From positions 1-33,714 of the forward strand of contig CAZCJG010000003.1 of NCBI GenBank assembly GCA_964498575.1: a DNA stretch of 33,714 nucleotides, in the 5' to 3' direction. The DNA comes from an uncultured Anaerolineales bacterium (GTDB lineage Bacteria; Chloroflexota; Anaerolineae; Epilineales; Epilineaceae). Made by a program: the position numbers and the translations under genes. Positions within the stretch are counted from its first letter, which is position 1. Each line of letters opens with the position of its first letter. Shown here in pieces: positions 25,868 to 32,845 of this stretch. The notes beneath the pieces are model-generated. The model was not told where the DNA came from. It saw only the letters and a program-made list of their open reading frames with translations, and did not search any database.

Positions 25868-26390
25868 GCGAGTCTCCTTCCAGGCGCAGGCGCAGCCGTT
25901 CGCGGGCGCGGTGCAGCCGCTTGTGGACCGCCGCCGGCGTGCAGTCGAGAATGTCCGCGATCTCGGGCGGGGTCAGCCCGGCATAATAGAACAAGCTCAA
26001 GATCTCCTGATCGGCGCCCGGTATCTGGGCCAGCGCCGCCTCGAGCGCGGCGCGCTCGTCGACCCGGCGCTCCGGCTGCGTCGGCGCATGGCCGGGCCCG
26101 AAGGGCACGAGCTGCCACAGCCGCCCCTTGCGATGGTGGTTGGCCACCAAGTTGCCGGCGATGCGATAGAGCCACGCGACGAAGGGCACGCCACGAATCT
26201 CGTAGCGCTCGATGGCGACCAAGGCGCGCTCCCAGACCGCGCTGGCAAGATCCTCCGCGGTTGCCTGGTCGCCGACCCGGCGCGCGACGTAACGGTAGAT
26301 CGCGTCGAAGTGTCGATCATACAAGACGCCGAACGCCTGCCGATCGGTGCGGGCGGCGTCGACCAGCCAGTCCTCGTCATAGTTGGGCAT
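25845..26390 (-). CDS. ECF-type RNA polymerase sigma-70 family factor (182 aa from ATG 26390)
   Basis: Region 2 is FGVLYDRHFDAIYRYVARRV...FVAWLYRIAGNLVANHHR. Region 4 is EILSLFYYAGLTPPEIADILDCTPAAVHKRLHRARERL. The longer 235-aa form would overlap the divergent rhodanese gene, so it was not used. Confidence 0.85.
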   Translation of the reverse strand: MPNYDEDWLVDAARTDRQAFGVLYDRHFDAIYRYVARRVGDQATAEDLASAVWERALVAIERYEIRGVPFVAWLYRIAGNLVANHHRKGRLWQLVPFGPGHAPTQPERRVDERAALEAALAQIPGADQEILSLFYYAGLTPPEIADILDCTPAAVHKRLHRARERLRLRLEGDSRVPVASA

Positions 26391-26397
26391 CCGCTGA

Positions 26398-26403
26398 CTA
26401 TTA
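26398..26403 (-). promoter_or_regulatory. -10-like TAATAG 7 nt upstream of the ECF sigma ATG (leaderless candidate)
   Basis: Plus-strand ctatta at 26398-26403 reads TAATAG on the minus strand. A 7-nt spacer separates it from the ATG at 26390, with no SD. Confidence 0.25.
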
Positions 26404-26492
26404 ACACGCGTCGGCGCCAAAATGGACAGCCCCGGGTCAAAATCCGGTTCCGGAAGCCGACCTCCGCTCGCGCGCGCCGCCATGCGGTGGAG

Positions 26493-26498
26493 TATAAT
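26493..26498 (+). promoter_or_regulatory. Consensus TATAAT 6 nt upstream of the rhodanese ATG (leaderless candidate)
   Basis: TATAAT at 26493-26498, ATG at 26505, and no SD in between. No good -35. Confidence 0.4.
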
Positions 26499-26504
26499 CC
26501 GATC

Positions 26505-26849
26505 ATGTCCGAGAAACAAGCTGCTTCCCCGTTCCAGATCCTGACCGTCCACGAGTTATCCAACCGCCGGGCGCGCGGCACGGCGCCGCGCATCATCGAC
26601 GTCCGCGAGCCATATGAGTGGTCGATCGCCCGTCTCGCCGACACCGAGCTCAAGCCGCTCAGCGAGATCAGCCGCTGGTGGCGCGAGCTCGACCCGGCCG
26701 AAGAGATCGTGTTCTACTGCCACCACGGCGTCCGCAGCGCCAACGTCTGCCGCGCGCTGGCCGCCGAGGGCTTCTCCCGGCTTTACTCGCTTGAGGGCGG
26801 CATCGACACCTGGGCGGCCGAGATCGACCCGGGGATGGCGCGCTATTAG
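26505..26849 (+). CDS. Single-domain rhodanese-like sulfurtransferase, 114 aa
   Basis: IIDVREPYEW...IVFYCHHGVRSANVCRAL carries the active-site loop CHHGVRS. Confidence 0.85.
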   Translation: MSEKQAASPFQILTVHELSNRRARGTAPRIIDVREPYEWSIARLADTELKPLSEISRWWRELDPAEEIVFYCHHGVRSANVCRALAAEGFSRLYSLEGGIDTWAAEIDPGMARY

Positions 26850-26918
26850 GAGCCGCACCGGGGATCGTCCGGCTGGCCGCGTGACAAGCGCCGGCGCGCT
26901 GCTGGGTCATCGACCGAC

Positions 26919-28328
26919 ATGCCACGCCTGAGCCTGTGTCGTGTCGCGTTGCGGGCCGACCTGGTCCGATCGGCCGGCGGGGTGCCGCTCGACCCGCTCG
27001 CTCTGCTGGCGCTGGCGCCGGCCGGCGCGCCGCGGTTCTACTGGTCCGCCCCGGACCGTGGGGAGGTCATCGCTGCTTTCGGTGCCGCGCACACGGTGAC
27101 GGCCGAGGGCGCGGATCGCCTTGCCGTCGTGGCCCGCGCCTGCGCGACCACCGCAGCGCAGATCGCGGTCGCCGCGGATGGCCCTGCGCCGGCCGTCCCG
27201 CTGCTTGCGCCTTGGCTGGGCGGCTTCGCCTTCGAGGACGGCGCGCCCAGGGATGGCGCATGGGCGGCCTTCCCGGCCGCCGCCTTTACGCTTCCGGCGG
27301 TCGCGCTCGTGGTCCGGGACGGGCAGGCCTGGCTCTGGGTGGCGGGATCGACCGACGGGTCGGCGCTCGTGGCGCAGGCGCGATCCTTGCTCGAAGCGCT
27401 GGCGGCGGTCGATCGGGGCCAGGGCACGCGTACCGGTGTCGAATCAGGCACGGCCGGCTCGTCCCGCACGGACCGGAGCAAGGCCGCTGCTGGCGTGCCG
27501 GCGAGCGCGGCACCTGCGCCGGCGGACCTGCGCGAGCGGATCACGCAGGTGGTCGGCGCGATCCGGCGCGGCGAGGCCGACAAAGTGGTGCTGGCGACGG
27601 CGCGGACGGTGGCCGTGCCCGACCCGCTCGATCCGCTGGCGCTTGTGGCGCGTCTGCGTGCGCTGCAGCCGGACTGCTTCCACTTCATGCTCGCCCCGCG
27701 CCCTGGCGTGGCCTTCCTCGGCGCGTCGCCAGAGCGGCTGGTGCGTGTCGAAGGCGACCGTTTGACGACGATGGCCCTGGCGGGATCGGCGCGGCGCGGC
27801 GCGGACGGGGCGGAGGACGCCGCGCTCGGGCAGGCGCTCCTCGCCAGCCCGAAGGACCGCGCCGAGCACGCGCTGGTGGTCGCGGCGATCGGCGAGGCCC
27901 TGCGGGACTACCGCGTCGAGATCCCCGCGCAGCCGCGCTTGCGGCGCCTGGCGAACATCCAGCATCTCGAGACGCCGATCCGCGCGCGGCTTCCCGGCCA
28001 GGGCGCGGTGCTGGCCGAGGTGGCGCGCTTGCATCCGACGCCCGCGCTCGGCGGCACGCCGCGCGGCGCGGCGCTGGGGCTGATCCGGCGTTTCGAGGGG
28101 ATCGACCGGGGCTGGTATGGCGGGGGGATCGGATGGATCGACGGCACGGGGAACGGCGAGCTCGCGGTGGCGATCCGCTCGCTCCTGCTCGGGCCAGGCT
28201 CGGCCACCGCCTTCGCCGGCGCCGGACTGGTCGCCGCTTCCGAACCGGACGCCGAGGTGGCCGAAATTCAGCTCAAGCTCGCGGCGGCGCTAACACCCCT
28301 CGCGGCTGGGGTGTTGAGTTCCGCATAG
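26919..28328 (+). CDS. menF: Isochorismate synthase (MenF/EntC family)
   Basis: Has chorismate-binding motifs GASPERLVRVEG, DRAEHALVV, LHPTPALGGTPR, GWYGGGIGW and AGAGLVAASEPDAEVAE. The HPTPAxGG motif favours isochorismate synthase over TrpE/PabB. Confidence 0.8.
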   Translation: MPRLSLCRVALRADLVRSAGGVPLDPLALLALAPAGAPRFYWSAPDRGEVIAAFGAAHTVTAEGADRLAVVARACATTAAQIAVAADGPAPAVPLLAPWLGGFAFEDGAPRDGAWAAFPAAAFTLPAVALVVRDGQAWLWVAGSTDGSALVAQARSLLEALAAVDRGQGTRTGVESGTAGSSRTDRSKAAAGVPASAAPAPADLRERITQVVGAIRRGEADKVVLATARTVAVPDPLDPLALVARLRALQPDCFHFMLAPRPGVAFLGASPERLVRVEGDRLTTMALAGSARRGADGAEDAALGQALLASPKDRAEHALVVAAIGEALRDYRVEIPAQPRLRRLANIQHLETPIRARLPGQGAVLAEVARLHPTPALGGTPRGAALGLIRRFEGIDRGWYGGGIGWIDGTGNGELAVAIRSLLLGPGSATAFAGAGLVAASEPDAEVAEIQLKLAAALTPLAAGVLSSA

Positions 28329-28416
28329 CCCTTGCTCGAATCGCCCAAGCTCCGTCTGGTTGCCTCCGCCCTCGCCCCAAGCAACCCCTCACCCCCTAGT
28401 CAGGAGACCTCGAACG

Positions 28417-30249
28417 ATGATGAACACACCCTTGCACCGGCGCCGCGCCGCGCCCGGCCGACACGCCCTCGCCGCGGGCCTGACGACCCTGGCGGCCGCG
28501 GTCGCCGCCGCGCTCGTGATCGCGGCCGCGATCACGCCAGGTCGGCCGCCGGTCGCCGCGGCGCCGGATCAGACCGGCCAGAGCTACTTCCTGCCTAACG
28601 TGCAATCCAGCGGGTTCCGCTCCCTCGCCGGCCTGCTCGACGCCGAGGGGCTGACCGGCATGTCCGGCTTCGGCGACACGACGATCGAGCTGCAGAACCT
28701 GGCGGCGCAGGCGGCGACGGTCGATATCAACCTGGCCAACCTGGAAGCCACGCGCAACCTCAAGCGGCAGGTGGCGGCGCGCGGCAGCGCCACGATTGTC
28801 CTGAAATCGGAGTCAGCCGTCGCGCTCGGCAGCCACAGCGCGCGAATTGCGAGCAACGCGCCGCTCGGCGTGATCGCGCGCACCACCTGGGCCGGCGGCG
28901 CCGAGGTGGCGTACGAGGCGCCCGAGGCGGCGCGCGAGCTGATCCTGCCCCTGATGGCGCGCAACGTGCTCTCGCATACCACCAGCTTCTACATCCACAA
29001 CACCAGCGGGTCGGACGAGGTGAACCAGGTCAAGCTCAACATCTTCGACGACACGAACGGCGAGCTGCTCAAGGACATCATCGTCGATCTCGATCCCTTC
29101 GGCGTCGCGGATTACGACCCCTATGTCGATCCACCGCGGTTTGGGGACCTGCCGGCCAACGCCTCCGGCGGCGGCTTCGTCGGGGCGATCCGCTTCAGCG
29201 CGGACGCGCCGGTGGCGGTGCTGGCCTACGGCGACGAGCTGGACCTGGACAGCCGCGGCTCGGCGGCCTATGTCGCCCGGCCGGTGGCCGCGGCGAGCAA
29301 CCATCAGTACCTGCCGCTGGTGCGGGCCAACTACTTCGGGGATTCGTGGATCGGCATCGCCAGCCGCGAGACCACGCCGATCTCGGTGAAGGTCACCTAC
29401 CGCGGTGCCGCCGATAGCCCGGCCGGCGCGGGGCAGGTCTTCGAGCAGAGCTTCGAGATCGGCCGGCGCGGCGCAGCGTTCGTCGATCTGAGTGGCCGTG
29501 GCCGCGGCACGCGCCCGGCGCCCGGCCTGCCGCGCGGCGCCGCCACCAACCGCGGCTTCTACGGCAGCGCGGTGATCGAGGCCAACGGCCGCGTGCTGGC
29601 GGCGGTGGTGCAGTCGACCTATCCCAACGCCGCCGTGATCACCAGCACCACCAGCGCGGCCTACAACGCCTTCGGCGCCGCCGACCTCGGCACGCGCTTC
29701 GCGCTGGCCAAGGTGCGCTACGGCGCCGCGGCCGGGGCGACCAAGACCGAGCTGGCGGTGATGAATCCCGGGACGGATGCCGCGAACGTATCGATCGCCT
29801 ACAACGATCCCGGCCAACCTGTCGCGGGGCCGAGCGCCGCCATCCCGGCCGGCGCCATGCGGATTATCGCGCTGGAGGCCAAGGGCGCGGACAAGCCGGC
29901 GACGATCACGTCGGACGTCCCGGTCGCGGTGCTGGTCAACGACACGGCGACGACCTCGAGCAACTGGCTGATGCCGAGCCACGACACGTCGATCTACTGG
30001 CCGGTGCGCCTGTCCGGGGCGGTCACCCCCAGCCCGACGCCGACCGGCGGCGCGACGACGGCCGCGCCCCCAAGCCCGACGCCGACCGCCACCGCCACGG
30101 CGACGGCGCAGGTCTCGACGGCCACGGCCACCGCAACCTCACCCACGTTGACCCCGACACCCGTGACGCCGACCGTGGCGCCGACCACCGCTGGCACGCG
30201 GCTCAAGGTCTTCCTTCCCGTAGGGTATCGCAACGAGAAGGTGCGCTGA
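28417..30249 (+). CDS. Exported protein with four ~115-130 aa internal repeats, a Thr/Pro-rich linker and a short C-terminal FLPV tail; function unknown
   Basis: ATGATG at 28417 is preceded by the SD GGAGA (28403-28407). The N-terminus has RRR followed by a hydrophobic anchor. The first three repeats open with YFLPNV, LILPLM and QYLPLV. Each contains a TTxxhxN strand and a GFxGxAxhxxxxPh strand. The linker is TPSPTPTGG...TPTPVTPTVAPTT. The protein ends LKVFLPVGYRNEKVR. Confidence 0.75.
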   Translation: MMNTPLHRRRAAPGRHALAAGLTTLAAAVAAALVIAAAITPGRPPVAAAPDQTGQSYFLPNVQSSGFRSLAGLLDAEGLTGMSGFGDTTIELQNLAAQAATVDINLANLEATRNLKRQVAARGSATIVLKSESAVALGSHSARIASNAPLGVIARTTWAGGAEVAYEAPEAARELILPLMARNVLSHTTSFYIHNTSGSDEVNQVKLNIFDDTNGELLKDIIVDLDPFGVADYDPYVDPPRFGDLPANASGGGFVGAIRFSADAPVAVLAYGDELDLDSRGSAAYVARPVAAASNHQYLPLVRANYFGDSWIGIASRETTPISVKVTYRGAADSPAGAGQVFEQSFEIGRRGAAFVDLSGRGRGTRPAPGLPRGAATNRGFYGSAVIEANGRVLAAVVQSTYPNAAVITSTTSAAYNAFGAADLGTRFALAKVRYGAAAGATKTELAVMNPGTDAANVSIAYNDPGQPVAGPSAAIPAGAMRIIALEAKGADKPATITSDVPVAVLVNDTATTSSNWLMPSHDTSIYWPVRLSGAVTPSPTPTGGATTAAPPSPTPTATATATAQVSTATATATSPTLTPTPVTPTVAPTTAGTRLKVFLPVGYRNEKVR

Positions 30250-30333
30250 CGCGCGGGAAACGACTCCGCCTGCTCTGCTCACGCTGTTTGTGGACTTCGC
30301 TGCGCAGACGGCCTGTAATCAGCGAACAACGAT

Positions 30334-30378
30334 GGCGTTAACGCCGCAGGCCGGTGGGTTCGAACCCACCGGCCTGCG
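30334..30378. terminator. Two adjacent perfect palindromes between convergent genes (candidate bidirectional terminator)
   Basis: The first palindrome is GGCGTTAACGCC (30334-30345). The second is a 34-nt perfect palindrome, cGCAGGCCGGTGGGTTCGAACCCACCGGCCTGCg (30345-30378). It is followed by TGTTGGTTG on the plus strand. Confidence 0.55.
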
Positions 30379-30417
30379 TGTTGGTTGCTGGTCAGCGTTG
30401 GTGCGAGCGACCAGGCC

Positions 30418-31026
30418 TTACCACGAAGGGATGTAAAGGCACTGTCCCGCGCGAAGGTAGTTCGGGTTCCACAGCCCGTTGGCCTTGCTGAGGGCGTAGG
30501 TCGACACGCCGTAGTACGACGCGATGCCCGACAGCGTGTCGCCGTACTTGACGCAGTACACGCCGTTGTGGTAGCCGCCGTACTTGTAGCCGGCGTTGTA
30601 GTAGCCGGCCCCGTGGCCATAGCCCCCGTCGTACTTCTTGTTGTAGCCGGCCCCGTGGCCATAGCCCCAGTCGTCATGGCCGTAGCCAGCGCCGTGGCCG
30701 TAGCCCCAGTCCTTCTTGTCGTAGCCGCCATGGCCGTAGCCCCAGTCGTCGTGGCCGTAGCCGGCGCCGTGGCCGTAGCCCCAGCCGTCCGGGATGACCA
30801 AGCACTGGCCCGAGCGAATGTAGTTCGGGTTCCACAGGCCGTTGGCCTGGGCGATCGCGTGCGCCGAGACGCCGTACATGTAGCCGATGCCGTACAACGT
30901 CTCGCCGTAGCGCACACAGTGAACCTGACGGCCGTAGCTGGCGCTCGCCGGCTGGGCGGGCAGGGCGGCAAACAAAGCGCCGGCGACGACGATCGCCAAC
31001 GCAACCAACAAAGATCGAGACCTCAT
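30418..31026 (-). CDS. Secreted double-LysM protein with a central Gly-Tyr-His-rich repeat region, 202 aa
   Basis: Has the signal peptide MRSRSLLVALAIVVAGALFAALPAQPASA. The two LysM domains are HCVRYGETLYGIGYMYGVSAHAIAQANGLWNPNYIRSGQCLVIP and YCVKYGDTLSGIASYYGVSTYALSKANGLWNPNYLRAGQCLYIP. Between them lies WGYGHGAGYGHDDWGYGHG... The SD AGGAGG lies 8 nt before the ATG at 31026. Confidence 0.85.
   Translation of the reverse strand: MRSRSLLVALAIVVAGALFAALPAQPASASYGRQVHCVRYGETLYGIGYMYGVSAHAIAQANGLWNPNYIRSGQCLVIPDGWGYGHGAGYGHDDWGYGHGGYDKKDWGYGHGAGYGHDDWGYGHGAGYNKKYDGGYGHGAGYYNAGYKYGGYHNGVYCVKYGDTLSGIASYYGVSTYALSKANGLWNPNYLRAGQCLYIPSW
30601..30786 (-). repeat. In-frame DNA repeats encoding the GYGHG core
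   Basis: An identical 26-nt unit occurs at 30601-30626 and 30643-30668 (42-nt period). A 44-nt unit occurs at 30666-30709 and 30741-30784 with 2 mismatches (75-nt period). Confidence 0.85.
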
Positions 31027-31139
31027 CTGTCAAACCTCCTGCGTTGTGTTGCTAGTGATGGCCCCGCGCAAACGGTGGGGTAGCAAATGGCTGCTCGTTC
31101 GCCCGGGTTATGCGAACGTTAATTGAGTGGGCGGTCCAA

Positions 31140-31168
31140 AAGTTAGGCGAAATCACCGCGGCTGTCAA
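31140..31168 (-). promoter_or_regulatory. Candidate sigma70 promoter for the LysM gene (TTGACA-N17-TAACTT)
   Basis: On the minus strand, -35 TTGACA lies at 31168-31163 and -10 TAACTT at 31145-31140, with an exact 17-nt spacer. The predicted leader is about 105 nt and contains a CGTTCGC/GCGAACG hairpin. Confidence 0.5.
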
Positions 31169-31279
31169 GTGTCGTGCGGAGCAGTATCACCACCCGAGAG
31201 CTGCACCGAGTCCTGCTTTCTCTCTGATAGCGCCACCCGCTGGTCGAGAGATCGCTCGACGTCTAAGATTAAGATTATC

Positions 31280-32845
31280 TTAACCAGGTGGATTTTCCCT
31301 CCGTTGCACGCCTCCCGGTGTTCCGTTGTGCCTCGCTTGCTGCTCGACGATCGTCCGCGCCGTACGCTGCGCCGCCCGCACGCAATCCGGCATGCCCACG
31401 CCGCGGTAGGCCGCGCCGACCACGAACAGGTCCGGCGGGCACGCCGCCTCGATGGCCGCGACGCGCTCGACATGCCCCACGTCGTACTGCGGATTGCCGC
31501 CGGGCCACCGGAAGACCCGCACCAGCATCGGCTCCGCGGCGATGCCCATGATCCGCCGCAGGTCGGCCCGGACCAGCGCGATCAGCTTGTCGTCGTCCAG
31601 GGCCACGTCGTCCTCGCGCCCGTGCCCGCCGGCGAAGGCGCGCAGGAGCACGGCGTCGTCGGGCGCGCGGTGGGCGTACTTGACGGACGACCAGGTGCAG
31701 GCGACGATCCGCACACCCGCGTCGCGCGCCGCGACGAAGCCGGTGCCGCCGAGCGGACGTGGGATATCGGCCTGCCGAAAGGCCAGCGAGACGGTGGCGG
31801 TCGCCAGATGCCGGATCGCCGCGAGCCGACGCGCCAGGTCCGGCGCCAGTCCTGCGACCAACCGGGCGGCGACCGGCGCCGGCGTGGCAAGCACCAGGAC
31901 GTCGGCGCCGCGGGTGGAGCCATCCGCGAGCAGGACGCGGTAGCGATCACCGGCGGCTTCATCGCCATTTCGACCCACTCCAACCACCGCACATCCCTTG
32001 TGCACCACCGCCGGCCCCAGCGCGGACTCCAGCGCCTCCACCAGCTCCGCGCTGCCGCCGATGAGGTTGACGAACATCGAAGAAGCGGCCGCGCCCTTGG
32101 GCGTGACACCCGGTGCTCCCTGGTCCTGGCCTGATGACCGTGCCCGCTCCTGGCCCCGCTGTGCTCCTCGCCCGTTCCCCGCGGACCGCGCGGCCGCCCG
32201 CAAGCCGCGGATCACGCCGCCGTGCTCGCGCTCCAGGGCGGCGAACTGCGGGAAGGTCGCCGCCAGGCTCAGGCGGTCCGGATCGCTGACGTAGATGCCG
32301 GCCATCAACGGCTCGCCGAGGCGGGCCAGCGCCTCGGCGCCCAGGCGCCGGCGGATGAAGGCGCCGAGGCTCTCGTCGCCGCCGTCCTTGCGTGCCGGCA
32401 GGACCAAGTCCAGCCCCATCCGCAGCTTGCCGGGCCAGGAGATCAGGCCGGAGCGCAGGAAGGGCATGAGGCGGGTCGGGGCGATCAGGCGCAGGCCGTC
32501 GGGAATCGGGTGCAGCTTGCCGCGGCTGTAGACGTAGACGGTCTTCTGCGCCGGATTGGTCGGGATCAGCCGATCGCCCAGGCCCAGCTCGCGGCACAGG
32601 TCCACCGCCCAGGGCTTGGTGGTCAAAAAGGAGTCCGGCCCACCCTCAATGACGAAGCCGTCCGCACGCTCCGTGACGATCTTGCCGCCGACCCGCGCGC
32701 CGCTTTCGAACAGCATGATGTCCACCGCCTGCCCGGCCTCCTCGGCCAACTTCCGCAGGTAGTAGGCGGTTGCCAGGCCCGAGATGCCGCCGCCGGCGAT
32801 GACGACGGAGAGCGGGCGATCGGGCGCCGCCGTGCCGGGGGTCAT
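31280..32845 (-). CDS. hemY: Protoporphyrinogen/coproporphyrinogen III oxidase (FAD-dependent, HemY/CgoX type), 521 aa
   Basis: Has the N-terminal FAD-binding motif [18 protein letters not shown], followed by [21 protein letters not shown]. The ATG at 32845 overlaps the hemE stop codon (ATGA). The 144 codons upstream of it in the 665-aa ORF lie over hemE in another frame. Confidence 0.85.
   Translation of the reverse strand: MTPGTAAPDRPLSVVIAGGGISGLATAYYLRKLAEEAGQAVDIMLFESGARVGGKIVTERADGFVIEGGPDSFLTTKPWAVDLCRELGLGDRLIPTNPAQKTVYVYSRGKLHPIPDGLRLIAPTRLMPFLRSGLISWPGKLRMGLDLVLPARKDGGDESLGAFIRRRLGAEALARLGEPLMAGIYVSDPDRLSLAATFPQFAALEREHGGVIRGLRAAARSAGNGRGAQRGQERARSSGQDQGAPGVTPKGAAASSMFVNLIGGSAELVEALESALGPAVVHKGCAVVGVGRNGDEAAGDRYRVLLADGSTRGADVLVLATPAPVAARLVAGLAPDLARRLAAIRHLATATVSLAFRQADIPRPLGGTGFVAARDAGVRIVACTWSSVKYAHRAPDDAVLLRAFAGGHGREDDVALDDDKLIALVRADLRRIMGIAAEPMLVRVFRWPGGNPQYDVGHVERVAAIEAACPPDLFVVGAAYRGVGMPDCVRAAQRTARTIVEQQARHNGTPGGVQRRENPPG

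Noticed and set aside
26446-26451. GGAACC (minus strand) as an ECF-type -35 upstream of the sigma gene.
   Set aside because: The sequence 16-17 nt downstream (CTGTCC) is only loosely like known ECF -10 elements. Without knowing the ECF group, the call is not supportable as a feature. It is mentioned only in the ECF finding.
26391-26552. Longer 235-aa form of the ECF sigma factor.
   Set aside because: The extension has no sigma-like sequence. It would cover the divergent rhodanese promoter and the first codons of that gene on the opposite strand.
30346-30377. Possible tRNA or tRNA fragment, because of the GGTTCGAACC T-loop-like core.
   Set aside because: The element is a self-complementary palindrome. 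No D-arm, anticodon stem-loop or 7-bp acceptor pairing with upstream sequence can be drawn, and the loop would be 4-6 nt rather than 7.
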